NCBI RefSeq assembly: GCF_011386835.1
Contig: NC_088793.1
Location: 169,322,001-169,386,000 of the forward strand
Length of the DNA stretch: 64,000 nt
Reading direction: 5' to 3'
Origin: Chrysemys picta bellii
Taxonomy: Eukaryota
Positions 25,117 through 37,600 of the stretch are shown here, in pieces. Both the position numbers and the translations under genes were made by a program. A model generated the notes under the pieces. That model was not told the origin of the DNA. It did no database searches and saw only the letters and a list, made by a program, of their open reading frames with translations. Position 1 is the stretch's first letter. Each line of letters starts with the position of its first letter.

Positions 25117-26418
25117 TCACACAGTAGCCTGGCCAGTCACAAAACTCGTTTTCAAAGCTTCTCTGATGCGCACCGCGCCCTGCTGTGCTCCTCTAACCGC
25201 CCTGGTGTCTGGCTGCGCGTAATCAGCGGCCAGGCGAGTTGCCTCAACCTCCCACCCCGCCATAAAGGTCTCCCCCTTACTCTCACAGATATTGTGGAGC
25301 GCACAGCAAGCAGCAATAACAATGGGGATATTCTTTTCGCTGAGGTCTGAGCGAGTCAGTAAGCTGCGCCAGCGCGCTTTTAAACGTCCAAATGCACATT
25401 CCACCACCATTCGGCACTTGCTCAGCCTGTAGTTGAACAGGTCCTGACTCCTGTCCAGGCTGCCTGTGTACGGCTTCATGAGCCATGGCATTAAGGGGTA
25501 GGCTGGGTCCCCAAGGATCACGATAGGCATTTCAACATCCCCAATGGTCACTTTCTGGTCCGGGAAGAAAGTCCCTTCCTCCAGCTTTCGAAACAGAGCA
25601 GAGTTCCTGAAGACGCGAGCATCATGTACCTTTCCCGGCCATCCCACGTTGATGTTGGTGAAACGTCCCTTGTGATCCACCAGGGCTTGCAGCAGCATTG
25701 AAAAGTACCCCTTGCGGTTTACGTAGTCGGTGGCTTGGTGCTCCGGTGACAAGATAGGGATATGGGTTCCGTCTATGGCCCCGCCACAGTTTGGGAATCC
25801 CATTTCAGCAAAACCATCCACTATTGACTGCACGTTGCCCAGAGTCACTACCCTTGCTATCACCAGGTCTTTCATTGCCCTGGCAAATTGGATCACAGCA
25901 GCCCCCACAGTAGATTTGCCCACTCCAAATTGATTCCCGACTGACCGGTAGCTGTCTGGCGTTGCAAGCTTCCACAGGGCTATCGCCACTCGCTTCTCAA
26001 CTGTGAGGGCTGCTCTCATCTTGGTATCCTGGCGTTTCAGGGCAGGGGAAAGCAAGTCACAAAGTTCCATGAAAGTGCCCTTACGCATGCGAAAGTTTCG
26101 CAGCCACTGGGAATCGTCCCATACCTGCAGCACGATGCGGTCCCACCAGTCTGTGCTTGTTTCCCGGGCCCAGAATCGGCGTTCCACGGTATCAACCTGC
26201 CCCAGTAACACCATGATTTCCACATTGCTGGGGCCTGTGCCTTGTGAGAGGTCTATGGCCATGTCAATTTCCTCATCACTCTCGTCGCCGCGCTGCAATC
26301 GCCTCCTCGCCTGGTCCGGGTTTCGCCTTGGCATGTTCTGGCTCTGCATATACTCCAGGACAATGCGCGTGGTGTTCATAGTGCTCATAATTGCCGCGGT
26401 GATCTGAGCGGGCTCCAT
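25117..26418 (-). CDS. Harbinger (HARBI1-like) DDE transposase, copy 1, 433 aa, intact
   Basis: WLRNFRMRKGTFMELC, VAIALWKLAT HTH region, GAIDGTHI (D), GDPAYPL (D), RMVVECAFGRLKARWR (E). Confidence 0.95.
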   Translation of the reverse strand: MEPAQITAAIMSTMNTTRIVLEYMQSQNMPRRNPDQARRRLQRGDESDEEIDMAIDLSQGTGPSNVEIMVLLGQVDTVERRFWARETSTDWWDRIVLQVWDDSQWLRNFRMRKGTFMELCDLLSPALKRQDTKMRAALTVEKRVAIALWKLATPDSYRSVGNQFGVGKSTVGAAVIQFARAMKDLVIARVVTLGNVQSIVDGFAEMGFPNCGGAIDGTHIPILSPEHQATDYVNRKGYFSMLLQALVDHKGRFTNINVGWPGKVHDARVFRNSALFRKLEEGTFFPDQKVTIGDVEMPIVILGDPAYPLMPWLMKPYTGSLDRSQDLFNYRLSKCRMVVECAFGRLKARWRSLLTRSDLSEKNIPIVIAACCALHNICESKGETFMAGWEVEATRLAADYAQPDTRAVRGAQQGAVRIREALKTSFVTGQATV

Positions 26419-29400
26419 GATCCCAGTGCTAGCTATGGCGCCTGGTCAGAAAAAAGGCGCGAAAGTAGTATCTGATGGACCAGGAGAAGGAGGGCGGGAG
26501 GGAGGGAGGGAGGGAGGGAGGGCCGAGTGACGACATGGCGTACAGGTACAGGAACAGGGAGAAACACAAACAACTGTCACACAGAATGGTGCCCCCAAAG
26601 ATTAAACTGGAAACCCTGGGCTTAGCAGGCCGTTGATTTCACGGAGGAAGGGGAAGCAAATGAACACAGAACAAATCTATTTTTTACATCTTAAGGTGGC
26701 AGCCGACGCTGCAGCATGAGTGACAGCCATACCAATATGACGATGATGGTTACCAATCATAAAATACCATCATCTGCCAAAAGGCAAGGGGCTGCTGCTG
26801 TGTAGCAATGCAGCCCCACGTCTGCCAGCCCCACGTCCGCCAGCACCCAGCATCGCCCTCGGCCTCTTCTGGGTGCTTAGCAGACAATACTGGGCAATTG
26901 GCAGAAAATAGTATATTATGACTGGTAACCGTCATCATCAAAACAGTAGCATGTCTGCCCAGGTGGCCATGATTGACAGCCATACCAGTATGACGACGAT
27001 GGGTACCAGTCATAATATACCATCGCCTGGAAGGGGCTGGTGCAATGCAGCACTACGGCTGCCAGCCCCACGGCTATCACTCATGCTACACTGTCTACCG
27101 CCAAAAGGCAGTTAGCAGCTGCTGCTGTGTAGCAATGCAGTCCCACGTCTGCCGGCACCCAGAGGACATATGGTGACGGTGAGCTCAGCTGAGCTGAGCG
27201 GGCTCCATGCTTGCCGTGGTATGTTGTCTGCACAGGTAACCCAGGTAAATAGGCGCGAATCTATTGTCTGCCGTTGCTGTGACGAGGGGGGAGGGGCCTG
27301 ACGACATGTACCCAGAACCGCCCGCGACACTGTTTTGCATCATCCGGGCATTGGGATCTCAACCCAGAATTCAAAGAAAAGGCGCGAACCGCTTCTCGGC
27401 TCGAGCTGTGGCGCAAACGTAGTATCTGACGGCCTAGGGGAAGGAGGGAGGGGGGCCGAGTGACGACATGGCGTACAGGCACAGGGAATTAAAATAAAGA
27501 ACGGTGGCTGTGCATCAGGGAGAGACACAAACAACTGTCACAGACTGGTCCCCCCCAAAGATTAAACTGAAAACCCTGGGTTTAGCAGGCCGTTGATTTG
27601 ACGGAGGGAGGGGGAAGCAAATGAATACAGAGAAAATCTATTTTTTTACATCTTAAGACGACGGTGCAGCGTGACTGATAGCCCTCGGCATCTTTCTGGG
27701 TGCTTGGCAGCAAATACGGGGCGGTGTATGACGATGGTCTTCAGGCCTATTGCACAATCGGCTGCTCGGGGAAGACTCTGCTAACGTGCGATGACACGAC
27801 TTGTAATAGGCCGGCTAACAGTCATAATACACCATTTACTGCCAAAAGGCAAGCCCCACGGCTGCCAGCACCCAGATCGCCGATGAAGGCTACCAGTCTA
27901 CTGCACCGTCTACCGCCAAAAGGCAGTTAGCAGCTGCTGCTGTGTAGCAATGCAGTCCCACGTCTGCCGGCACCCAGAGGACATATGGTGACGGTGAGCT
28001 CAGCTGTGCTGAGCGGGCTCCATGTTGTCTGCACAGGTAACCCAGGTAACCCAGATAAAAAGGCGCGAATCTATTGTCTGCCGTTGCTGTGACGGGGGAG
28101 GGAGGGGCCTGACGACATGTACCCAGAACCGCCCGCGACACTGTTTTGCATCATCCGGGCATTGGGATCTCAACCCAGAATTCCAAGGGGCGGCGGAGAC
28201 TGCGGGAACTGTGGGATAGCTGTGGGATAGCTACCCATAGTGCAATGCTCCGGAAGTCGACGCTAGCCTCGTACTGTGGACGCGGTCTGCCGACTAGAGC
28301 ACCTAGAGCATTTTATGTGTGGACATACACAATCGGCTGTATACAACCGATTTCAATAAAACCGGCTTCTATAAATTCGAACTAATTTCGTAGTGTAGAC
28401 ATACCCTTTGACAGTCTGTGTGTCCCTGCAGAAGACATAGCATCGAAGTGAAGACTTCCTTGATTTCTCAGCAAAATGTCACATAACCCTGCAGTGCAGG
28501 TCACCATGTTTCATCGGCTTCAACAGCACTAAACTGGAAGCTGCTGTATAGGTTGTTTGGAACATGTATTTCCTTGACAAGCTGAAGTGAGTTAGACATA
28601 AATGAACCTGTATGAGTTTCCTGTGCGTCAGTGAGGATAAAATGAAGCTCTGTCATCTGACACAATTTTATAGCAGGAACATAGATTGAAATGACATACA
28701 GTGAAAATATGTTCTGCTGTTCATTTAGTAGTAAAACCATCAAGTGCACCGCCGAGGTGGCAGGTCTCATGCAGCTCAATGTGGATATTGAAAGTCTAGA
28801 TTTTCACCAGGAACACAGATGCTATTAGCCTGGATGAATGCTGATCCAACTGTAGTGTATATGAATAGGATAGTGAGCCCCCTAGCAGCACTCAACGTGT
28901 TCTATATTTTAGAAGCCACCAGAACTCAGCACAGCAGTGCGTATATGTAGCAAGGCCATGCACGTGCTGAATATACACAAAACATGGTTATTTGAACCGC
29001 ACCATGCCTTTGTGATTACTGTATTAGTGTTTTATTTATTTATTTGTATTACCATAGCACTTAGGCTATCCTGCTTACTGTGCAGAGTAAAAGGCACACC
29101 ACCAACGTACGCCAAATGCCTTAATTCCATGCTTTCACTTCCAGATCGGCTTCTTTCCTATTCCTGTAACTGGAAAACATGAGTTCAAGCTCACAAAAAG
29201 TCATTTTTACTGGAAAACATTTCAACAACCCACCTGGAAGTCCAAGCAAGACAGATACAGAGAACAAGATCATGAGCTGTGACTAGAACTGTCAGGTCCT
29301 GCAAGCCTGCACAGAATTCCTTGGTATGACCATATCCACTGAATTTGTCAGAGACTTTTACTATATATACTAAAATATACATTTAAACAGCCAATATTAT

Positions 29401-29427
29401 TTAGTAATCACACACCGCACATAGTTT

Positions 29428-29510
29428 GTGTTGGTCCTGCTTTGAGCAGGGGGTTGGACTAGATGACCTCCTCAGGTCTCTTCCAACCCTGATATTCTAT
29501 GATTCTATGA
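29428..29510 (+). mobile_element. CR1 extreme 3' end
   Basis: GGGTTGGACTAGATGACCTCC..TCTCTTCCAACCCT followed by an (ATTCTATG)n tail. Confidence 0.8.
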
Positions 29511-31300
29511 TGTACAATGTCAGCAAATTAAAACTGCTGTGAGCACCTTAACCTTAGATTTACAGGCTTAAATTGTAAATATGCAAACTAAACATTGTGG
29601 TAACATAGTTTTTATGTTTTAAGAAAATGGCAAAAAAAGAAAAGAAAAAATAGAACGAATGCTAGAGCCTGAGACAGCAGAAGCAAGAACCATAGAGACA
29701 CTGGTGGTGTGAAGCTGAGACACAAAAAGTTTGCTGACACAAAGACTGTGTCAGCATTATTTCAGGCTGGGAATTCTTCTAAGCTTGGAATCTCACTTCT
29801 TCAGTATTTTCCTATTTCCCACGCTCCAGTTGTCATAATTTCAAAATGACTTGGCCTAGATGTGCTGGTCTTGGCAAGGACTGCTGCCTTTGACTACTTG
29901 GGGAATAGTGAAGGGCTTACCAGAATAATTTAATTATTAAAAGCAGTTTTCACATACACTATGGACTTCACAGAACTGATAAACATCTTATGACCCTGGC
30001 CCAGATGGCCACAAAAGGGAAGCTGCATACAGGGAATCCCACATAGAAAAAATATGGTCAGGGTGGGGGCAAGCAGGAAGGAAAGAGTGTCATGAAGAGT
30101 AGGGGGCTTGAATCTGTCATAGAGCAAGAGAAGGAATGGCACAGAAGGGAGGAGGGCAGCTGGGAAAGAAAGGAATGGCTATATACATATATGTCTAAAC
30201 ACAATTCCCCAAATGAATTCACCAAATAGTCCTTACATCCATTGCCCTCCAGATTCCACTTCAGTAGGAAGGGGAGACTAGAGGAGGAACCCACAGAGAA
30301 AGACGAAGGAAGGCAGCACAGGGAGAAGGAGAGTCCATAGAAGCTCTACACAAATTCCTGTGCCTTAAATATTTTTTGTGAAACCAGAGGAAATTCTCAG
30401 GCAAAAGCTCGTTTAAGATGTTATGGTTGCCTGTATTTAAGCAATTGGTAAAAAGGACACCATCTTTAAGAAAAAGTTGAAATTTTCTCAAAACAAACAA
30501 AAACCACAAACCTAAATAGTACAGAGTGCACAATTGAGATTGTCCAATAATCTTCACTGTGGCCCCAAGCGCTCATTCACATTTCACTCTGTCCATCTGT
30601 TAGATCTTGCTTATAAGATGGAACTTATTTAGATGAATCATTTTTTTGTTAAAGTTTTCATAAACCAATGTCATTTTTGCCCCGACCTTAAGGGATTCAT
30701 AATCCCACACATGGAAGCTAGCAGGCCACTTCCTGAGTACCTATCCCAGGGCAGGACTTCTCCCTGGCTTCGAAGCTCACACTTCCATACCCAGTCTCCT
30801 TTAAGATTGTGTTCTGTTGGTTTATTTACCTGTCTTTTAACAGTCTTTTAACTCACTCCTTTTCTCTCAGGCTTCAGGGCCACCCCTCCCAGGGGTCTCT
30901 GGCACTCCTGCTTAATTCGATTTAACGCTGCTAAAGTCGACCTAAACCCGTAGTGTAGACCAGGAATTAAGCCTGGACACGTCCGCACGACGAAGCCCTT
31001 TCTTTCGACTTAAAGGGTCCTTTAAACCGGTTTCTTTACACCACCTCCAACGAGGGGATTAGCGATAAAACCGGCCTTTGCGGGTCGGAATTGGGGTAGT
31101 GTGGTCGGAATTTGACGTTATTGGCCTCCGGGAGCTATCCCACAGTGCTTCATTGTGACCGCTCTGGACAGCACTCTCAACTCAGATGCACTGACCAGGT
31201 AGACAGGAAAAGACCCGCGAACGTTTGAATTTCATTTCCTGTTTGCTCAGCGTGGAGAGCACAGGTGACCACGCAGAGCTCATCAGCACAGGTAACCGTG

Positions 31301-31838
31301 ATGGAGTCCCAGGATCGCAAAAGAGCTCCAGCATGGACCGAACGGGAGGTACGGGATCTGCTCGCCATATGGGGAGATGAATCAGTGCTAGCTGAACTCC
31401 GTAGCAGTAAAAGAAATGGCAAAGTATTAGAAAAGGTCTCCAAGGCCATGAAGGACCGGGGCCATAACAGGGACACACAGCAGTGCCACGTGAAAATTAA
31501 GGAGCTACGGCAAGCCTACCACAAAGCCAGAGAAGCAAACGGAAGGTCCGGGGCAGAGCCGCAAACTTGCCGCTTCTACGCGGAGCTGCATGCCATTCTA
31601 GGGGGTGCAGCCACCACTACCCCAACCGTGTGCTTTGACTCCATCAATGGAGAAACACACAGGGATGACGGTTCGGGGAACGAGGAAGATGAGGATGGAG
31701 GTACTGTAGGTAGCTCACAGCAGCAAGAAAGCGGAGAAACCGGTTTCCCCAACAGCCAGGATATGTTTGTGACCCTGGACCTGGAAGCAGTAACCCCCGA
31801 ACTCACCCAAGACCCTCAGGGCACACAGGAGACCTCTG
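31301..31838 (+). CDS. Harbinger Myb/SANT-like protein, copy 2, exon 1
   Basis: ATG at 31301. MESQDRKRAPAWTEREVRDLLAIWG. Donor CTCTG|GTGAGT at 31838/31839. Confidence 0.8.
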
Positions 31839-32588
31839 GTGAGTGTACCTTTGTAAATATTTGTAAACATTACACATGGTTTAAAAGCAAGCGTGTTTAA
31901 TGATTAATTTTCCCTGGCAATCGTGGCCAGTACATCTACTGGAAAAGTCTGTTAACGTGTATGGGGATGGAGCGGAAATCCTCCAGGGACATCTCCAGAA
32001 AGCTCTCCTTCATGTACTCCAGGCCAGTAGCACGTAGTCTGGAATCATTGCATAACAAAGCATGGCAGCGTATGGTCCCGGTGTTTGCTGGCATGCAGAC
32101 AATATCCATTCCTTATCTCTCTTTGTTATCCTCAGGAGAGTGATATCATTCACGGTCACCTGGTTGAAATGGGGTGATTTTATTAAGGGGACATTCAGAG
32201 GTGCCCGTTCCTGCTCTTCTGAACAGAAATGTTCCCCACTGTTAACCACGTGGTGGGGGGAGGGGTGAAGTGATCATCCCAGAGAATCGTGTGTGTGTGT
32301 GTGTGGGGGGGTTTACTTGGGTTTGTGCCGCATGTTAACCGGGAAACCGCAGCCCCTCCTTTTACATTGAAAACCCATTTTAAATGGACAACCCAATTCA
32401 TCCTTGATATGGGAAATGCGCTGCTGTTTGAAACCTTTCCCGCATGTTAAGAAGGTTAAAAAAGCCAAAACACTGTGGCCTACCATGGCTGCCTGCAAGC
32501 CGAAATATGCGACCTTGTAATGAAAGAGTGTACCCATTGTTCTCTAAAATGTGTCTTTTTTAACCACCTCTCCCTTCTCCTCCACCAG

Positions 32589-33052
32589 CTGCAAATGTTT
32601 CTCCTTCGCAGAGGCTAGTGAACATTAGAAAGAGAAAACGTAGGACGCGGGACGATATGTTCACGGAGCTGCAGATGTCCTCCCACGCTGATAGAGCACA
32701 GCAGAATGCGTGGAGGCAGTCAATGTCGGACATGAGAAAAGCACAATATGAACGAGAGGAGAGGTGGCGGGCTGAATGGCGGGATGAAAAGAGCAAGTGG
32801 CGGGCTGAAGACGATAGGTGGCGTCAGCTTGCAGACAGACGGCAAGAGTCAATGCTCCGTTTGCTGGAGCATCAAACTGATATGCTCGAGCGTATGGTTG
32901 AGCTGCAGGAAAGGCAGCAGGAGCAGAGACCGCTGCTACAGCCCCTGTTTAACCAACAGCCCTCCTCCCCAAGTTCCATAGCCTCCTCACCCAGACGCCC
33001 AAGAACACGGTGGGGGGGGCCTCCGTCCACCCAGTCACTCCACCCCAGATGA
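32589..33052 (+). CDS. Harbinger Myb/SANT-like protein, copy 2, exon 2 (late frameshift)
   Basis: Acceptor CCACCAG|CT. Extra EWRDEKSKWRA repeat. G8 instead of G7 at ~33012-33019 shifts the last codons. Confidence 0.75.
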
Positions 33053-33355
33053 TTGCCCAAGCATCAGAAGGCTGGCCTTCAATAAGACTTAAAGTTTTAA
33101 AATGCAGTGTGTCCTTTTCCATCCCTCCTCCCCCACCCATTCCAGGCTACCTTGGCAATTATCCCCCTACTTCTGTGAGGAACTAATAAAGAATGCAAGA
33201 ATGTGAAAAAACAATGACTTTATTGCCTCTGCAAGCGGTGCTCGAATTGGGGAGGGGAGGGTGGGGTGGGGTGGTTGGTTTACAGGGAAGTAGAGTGAAC
33301 CGGGTCGGGTGGGGGGGGGTTTGGAGGGTTCATCAAGGAGAAACAAACAGAAGTT

Positions 33356-34657
33356 TCACACAGTAGCCTGGCCAGTCACAAAACTCGTTTTCAAAGCTTC
33401 TCTGATGCGCACCGCGCCCTGCTGTGCTCCTCTAACCGCCCTGGTGTCTGGCTGCGCATAATCAGCGGCCAGGCGAGTTGCCTCAACCTCCCACCCCGCC
33501 ATAAATGTCTCCCCCTTACTCTCACAGATATTGTGGAGCGCACAGCAAGCAGCAATAACAATGGGGATATTCTTTTCGCTGAGGTCTGAGCGAGTCAGTA
33601 AGCTGCGCCAGCGCGCTTTTAAATGTCCAAATGCACATTCCACCACCATTCGGCACTTGCTCAGCCTGTAGTTGAACAGGTCCTGACTCCTGTCCAGGCT
33701 GCCTGTGTACGGCTTCATGAGCCATGGCATTAAGGGGTAGGCTAGGTCCCCAAGGATCACTATAGGTATTTCAACATCCCCAACGGTTATTTTCTGGTCC
33801 GGGAAGAAAGTCCCTTCCTCCAGCTGTCGAAACAGACCAGAGTTCCTGAAGACGCGAGCATCATGTACCTTTCCCGGCCATCCCACGTTGATGTTGGTGA
33901 AACGTCCCTTGTGATCCACCAGGGCTTGCAGCAGCATTGAAAAGTACCCCTTGCGGTTTACGTAGTCGGTGGCTTGGTGCTCCGGTGACAAGATAGGGAT
34001 ATGGGTTCCGTCTATGGCCCCGCCACAGTTTGGGAATCCCATTTCAGCAAAACCATCCACTATTGACTGCACGTTGCCCAGAGTCACTGCCCTTGATATC
34101 ACCAGGTCTTTCATTGCCCTGGCAAATTGGATCACAGCAGCCCCCACCGTAGATTTGCCCACTCCAAATTGATTCCCGACTGACCGGTAGCTGTCTGGCG
34201 TTGCAAGCTTCCACAGGGCTATCGCCACTCGCTTCTGAACTGTGAGGGCTGCTCTCATCTTGGTATCCTGGCGTTTCAGGGCAGGGGAAAGCAAGTCACA
34301 AAGTTCCATGAAAGTGCCCTTATGCATGCGAAAGTTTCGCAGCCACTGGGAATCGTCTCATACCTGCAGCACGATGCGGTCCCACCAGTCTGTGCTTGTT
34401 TCCCGGGCCCAGAATCGGCGTTTCACGGCATGAACCTGCCCCAGTGACACCATGATTTCCACATTGCTGGGGCCTGTGCCTTGTGAGAGGTCTATGTCCA
34501 TGTCAATTTCCTCATCACTCTCATCGCCGCGCTGCAATCGCCTCCTCGCCTGGTCCGGGTTTCGCCTTGGCATGTCCTGGCTCTGCATATACTCCAGGAC
34601 AATGCGCGTGGTGTTCATAGTGCTCATAATTGCCGCGGTGATCTGAGCGGGCTCCAT
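33356..34657 (-). pseudogene. Harbinger transposase, copy 2, nonsense-disrupted
   Basis: Colinear with copy 1, but GTA TGG GAC has become GTA TGA GAC (W>stop, ~34358). This splits it into ORFs 34358-34657 and 33356-34327. GDPAY is changed to GDLAY. Confidence 0.9.
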
Positions 34658-37600
34658 GATCCCAGTGCTAGCTATGGCGCCTGGTCAGAAAAAAGGCGCA
34701 AAACTAGTATCTGATGGACCAGGAGAAGGAGGGAGGTTGGGAGGGAGGGAGGGCCGAGTGACGACATGGCGTACAGGTACAGGAACAGGGAATTAAAATC
34801 AAGAAAGGTGGCTGTGCATCAGGGAGAAACACAAACAACTGTCACACAGAATGGTCCCCCCCAAAGATTAAACTGAAAACCCTGGGCTTAGCAGGCCGTT
34901 GATTTCACGGAGGAAGGGGAAGCAAATGAATACAGAACAAATCTATTTTTTACATCTTAAGCTGGCAGCCGACGGTGCAGCATGAGTGATAGCCTCTGCA
35001 GTACGATGACGACGGTTACCAATCGTAATATACCATCGTCTACCAAAAGGCAAGGGGCTGCTGCTGTATAGCAATGCAGCCCCACGTCTGCCAGCCCCAC
35101 GTCCACCAGCACCCAGCATCGCCCTCGGCCTCTTCTGGGTGCTTAGCAGACAATACTGGGCAATTGGCAGAAAATAGTATACTATGACTGGTAGCCATCA
35201 TCATCGAAACAATAGCATGTCTGCCCAGGTGGCCATGATTGACAGCCACTCCAGTACGACGACGATGGGTACCAGTCATAATATACCATCGCCTACCAAA
35301 GGGCAAGGGGCTGGTGCAATGCAGCCCTACGGCTGCCAGCCCCACAGTTATTACTCATGCTACACCGTCTACCGCCAAAAGGCAGTTAGCAGCTGCTGCT
35401 GTGTAGCAATGCAGTCCCACGTCTGCCGGCACCCAGAGGACATATGGTGACGGTGAGCTCAGCTGAGCTGAGCGGGCTCCATGCTTGCCGTGGTATGTTG
35501 TCTGCACAGGTAACCCAGGTAAAAAGGCGCGAATCTATTGTCTGCCGTTGCTGTGACGGGGGGGGAGGGGCCTGACGACAGGTACCCAGAACCGCCCGCG
35601 ACACTGTTTTGCATCATCCGGGCATTGGGATCTCAACCCAGAATTAAAAAAAAAGGCGCGAAAGTAGTATCTGATGGACTAGGGGAAGGAGGGAGGGCGG
35701 GCCGAGTGACGACATGGCGTACAGGTACAGGGAATTAAAATCAAGAACGGTGGCTGTGCATCAGGGAGAAACACAAACAACTGTCACACAGAATGGTCCC
35801 CCCAAAGATTAAACTGAAAACCCTGGGTTTAGCAGGCCGTTGATTTGACGGAGGGAGGGGGAAGCAAATGAATACAGAGCAAATCTATTTTTTACATCTT
35901 AAGACGACGGTGCAGCGTGACTGATAGCCCTCGGCATCTTTCTGGGTGCTTGGCAGCAAATACTGGGCGCTTGGCAGTTAGTGTATTACGATGGCCTTCA
36001 GGCCTATTGCACAATCTGCTGCTCAGGGAAGACTCTGCTAATGTGCGATGACCCAACTTGTAATAGGACGGTTAACAGTCGTAATACACCATCTACTGCC
36101 AAAAGGCAAGGGGCTGGTGCAATGCAGCCCTACGGCTGCCAGCACCCAGATCGCCGATGAAGGCTACCAGTCTACTGCACCGTCTACCGCCAAAAGGCAG
36201 TTAGCAGCTGCTGCTGTGTAGCAATGCAGTCCCACGTCTGCCGGCACCAAGAGGACATATGGTGACGGTGAGCTGAGCGGGCTCCATGCTTGCCGTGGTA
36301 TGTTGTCTGCACAGGTAACCCAGGTAAAAAGGCGCGAATCTATTGTCTGCCGTTGCTGTGACGGGGGGGGAGGGGCCTGACGACATGTACCCAGAACCTC
36401 CCACGACACTGTTTTGCATCATCCGGGCATTGGGATCTCAACCCAGAATTCCAAGGGGCGGCGGAGACTGCGGGAACTGTGGGATAGCTGTGGGATAGCT
36501 ACCCATAGTGCAATGCTCCGGAAGTCGACGCTAGCCTCGTACTGTGGACGCGGTCCGCCGACTAGAGCACTTAGAGCATTTTATGTGAGGACACACACAA
36601 TCGGCTGTATACAACCGATTTCTATAAAACCGGCTTCTATAAATTCGAACTAATTTCGTAGTGTAGACATACCCTAGGAACGTCCCAGTTTTAGTCCCAC
36701 GGCTGCTTCCTTGAGCATCTGTCCCCTTGCTCCAGGGACTCACCACCAGAGGTAGCTCTACTCCATGGTGGGTTTCCATTCCCTAGGCACAACTTATTTT
36801 AATCACCCTTTCCTTCACTTCTCATTTCCTGCCCTTTACAGGCCCAGGTGTAGCCCAGCCCCCGTTAAGTGGTTGGATTGGCTTCCCTTGCTCTGAACCA
36901 GGATGGCAGGGCCCAGCTTTGCTCACAGAGGCCAGGTGCCCTGTGGCAGCACCCTAAATTTCCATTGACTTCAGCGGGAACTGGGGATGGTCAGCAACTC
37001 ACAGGATCCAACACTACGGAAGAAATTCTGTGTCCAAAACTCCCTTTGGCTTCAGCAATGGACAAGATTTCACTCTGTGCATCGTATGTTAATCTTACAG
37101 TATGATAACCAAACATTGGTGGAGATGCATGAAAATTTATCTTTGTGTGTGTGTGAGAGACTATATGGTTTTACTAAGTCCAGAGTTACCACTGTTGCAG
37201 CAAATTAAGGTAGGTGGACCTTTTTTTTGAATGTTACTGCCAGTCTATCAACAAGAGTCAAATAGTTCAATTATATCATCTTTTATTTTTTTGGAATTAC
37301 CCTTTGTAAAGATGTTTGTTGCTTAAGAAGAAGATTGTTTCCAGCTCTTTTGTTATTTTGGCAGCAATGATATAGAGCCAGAGTTAAGGTTCTTGGGGAG
37401 ACGTGAACTGTTTGCTTCAATTTTATTTTATGTGTGCATTATGAGTGCCTTTGGTATGACCCTAAAGGCTGTTGTAATGGTAAATGGTCTCCTCTCGCTC
37501 AGGGATGAAGATCAGATGTCCATGCCAATACTGTTAAATCTATCAGCTATGGAGCTGTGTGAATAACTGATATTTAGGTTTACTGGCAATTTCAAAAAGC

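Larger units (their letters stand above)
22938..28406. mobile_element. PIF/Harbinger DNA transposon, copy 1 (5469 bp)
   Basis: 18-bp imperfect TIRs GGCCTGGTCTACACTACG / CGTAGTGTAGACATACCC. Flanks TTG / TTT (imperfect 3-bp TSD). Convergent Myb/SANT (+) and DDE transposase (-) genes. Confidence 0.95.
30910..36674. mobile_element. PIF/Harbinger transposon, copy 2 (divergent subfamily; left 55 bp inverted; defective)
   Basis: Same organisation and orientation as copy 1. Right TIR ends ..GTAGACATACCC at 36674, followed by TAG. The left terminal segment is present as its reverse complement at 30910-30964. Confidence 0.93.

Noticed and set aside
26900-28200. CRISPR-like or regularly spaced repeat array
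   Set aside because: The repeats are irregular pieces of a tandem duplication in a eukaryotic transposon. There is no constant repeat-spacer period and no cas genes.
26420-28400. Many short ORFs in the Harbinger non-coding arm as a third gene
   Set aside because: All are under 110 aa, differ in frame and length between copies, and arise from the tandem duplication. No domain was recognised.
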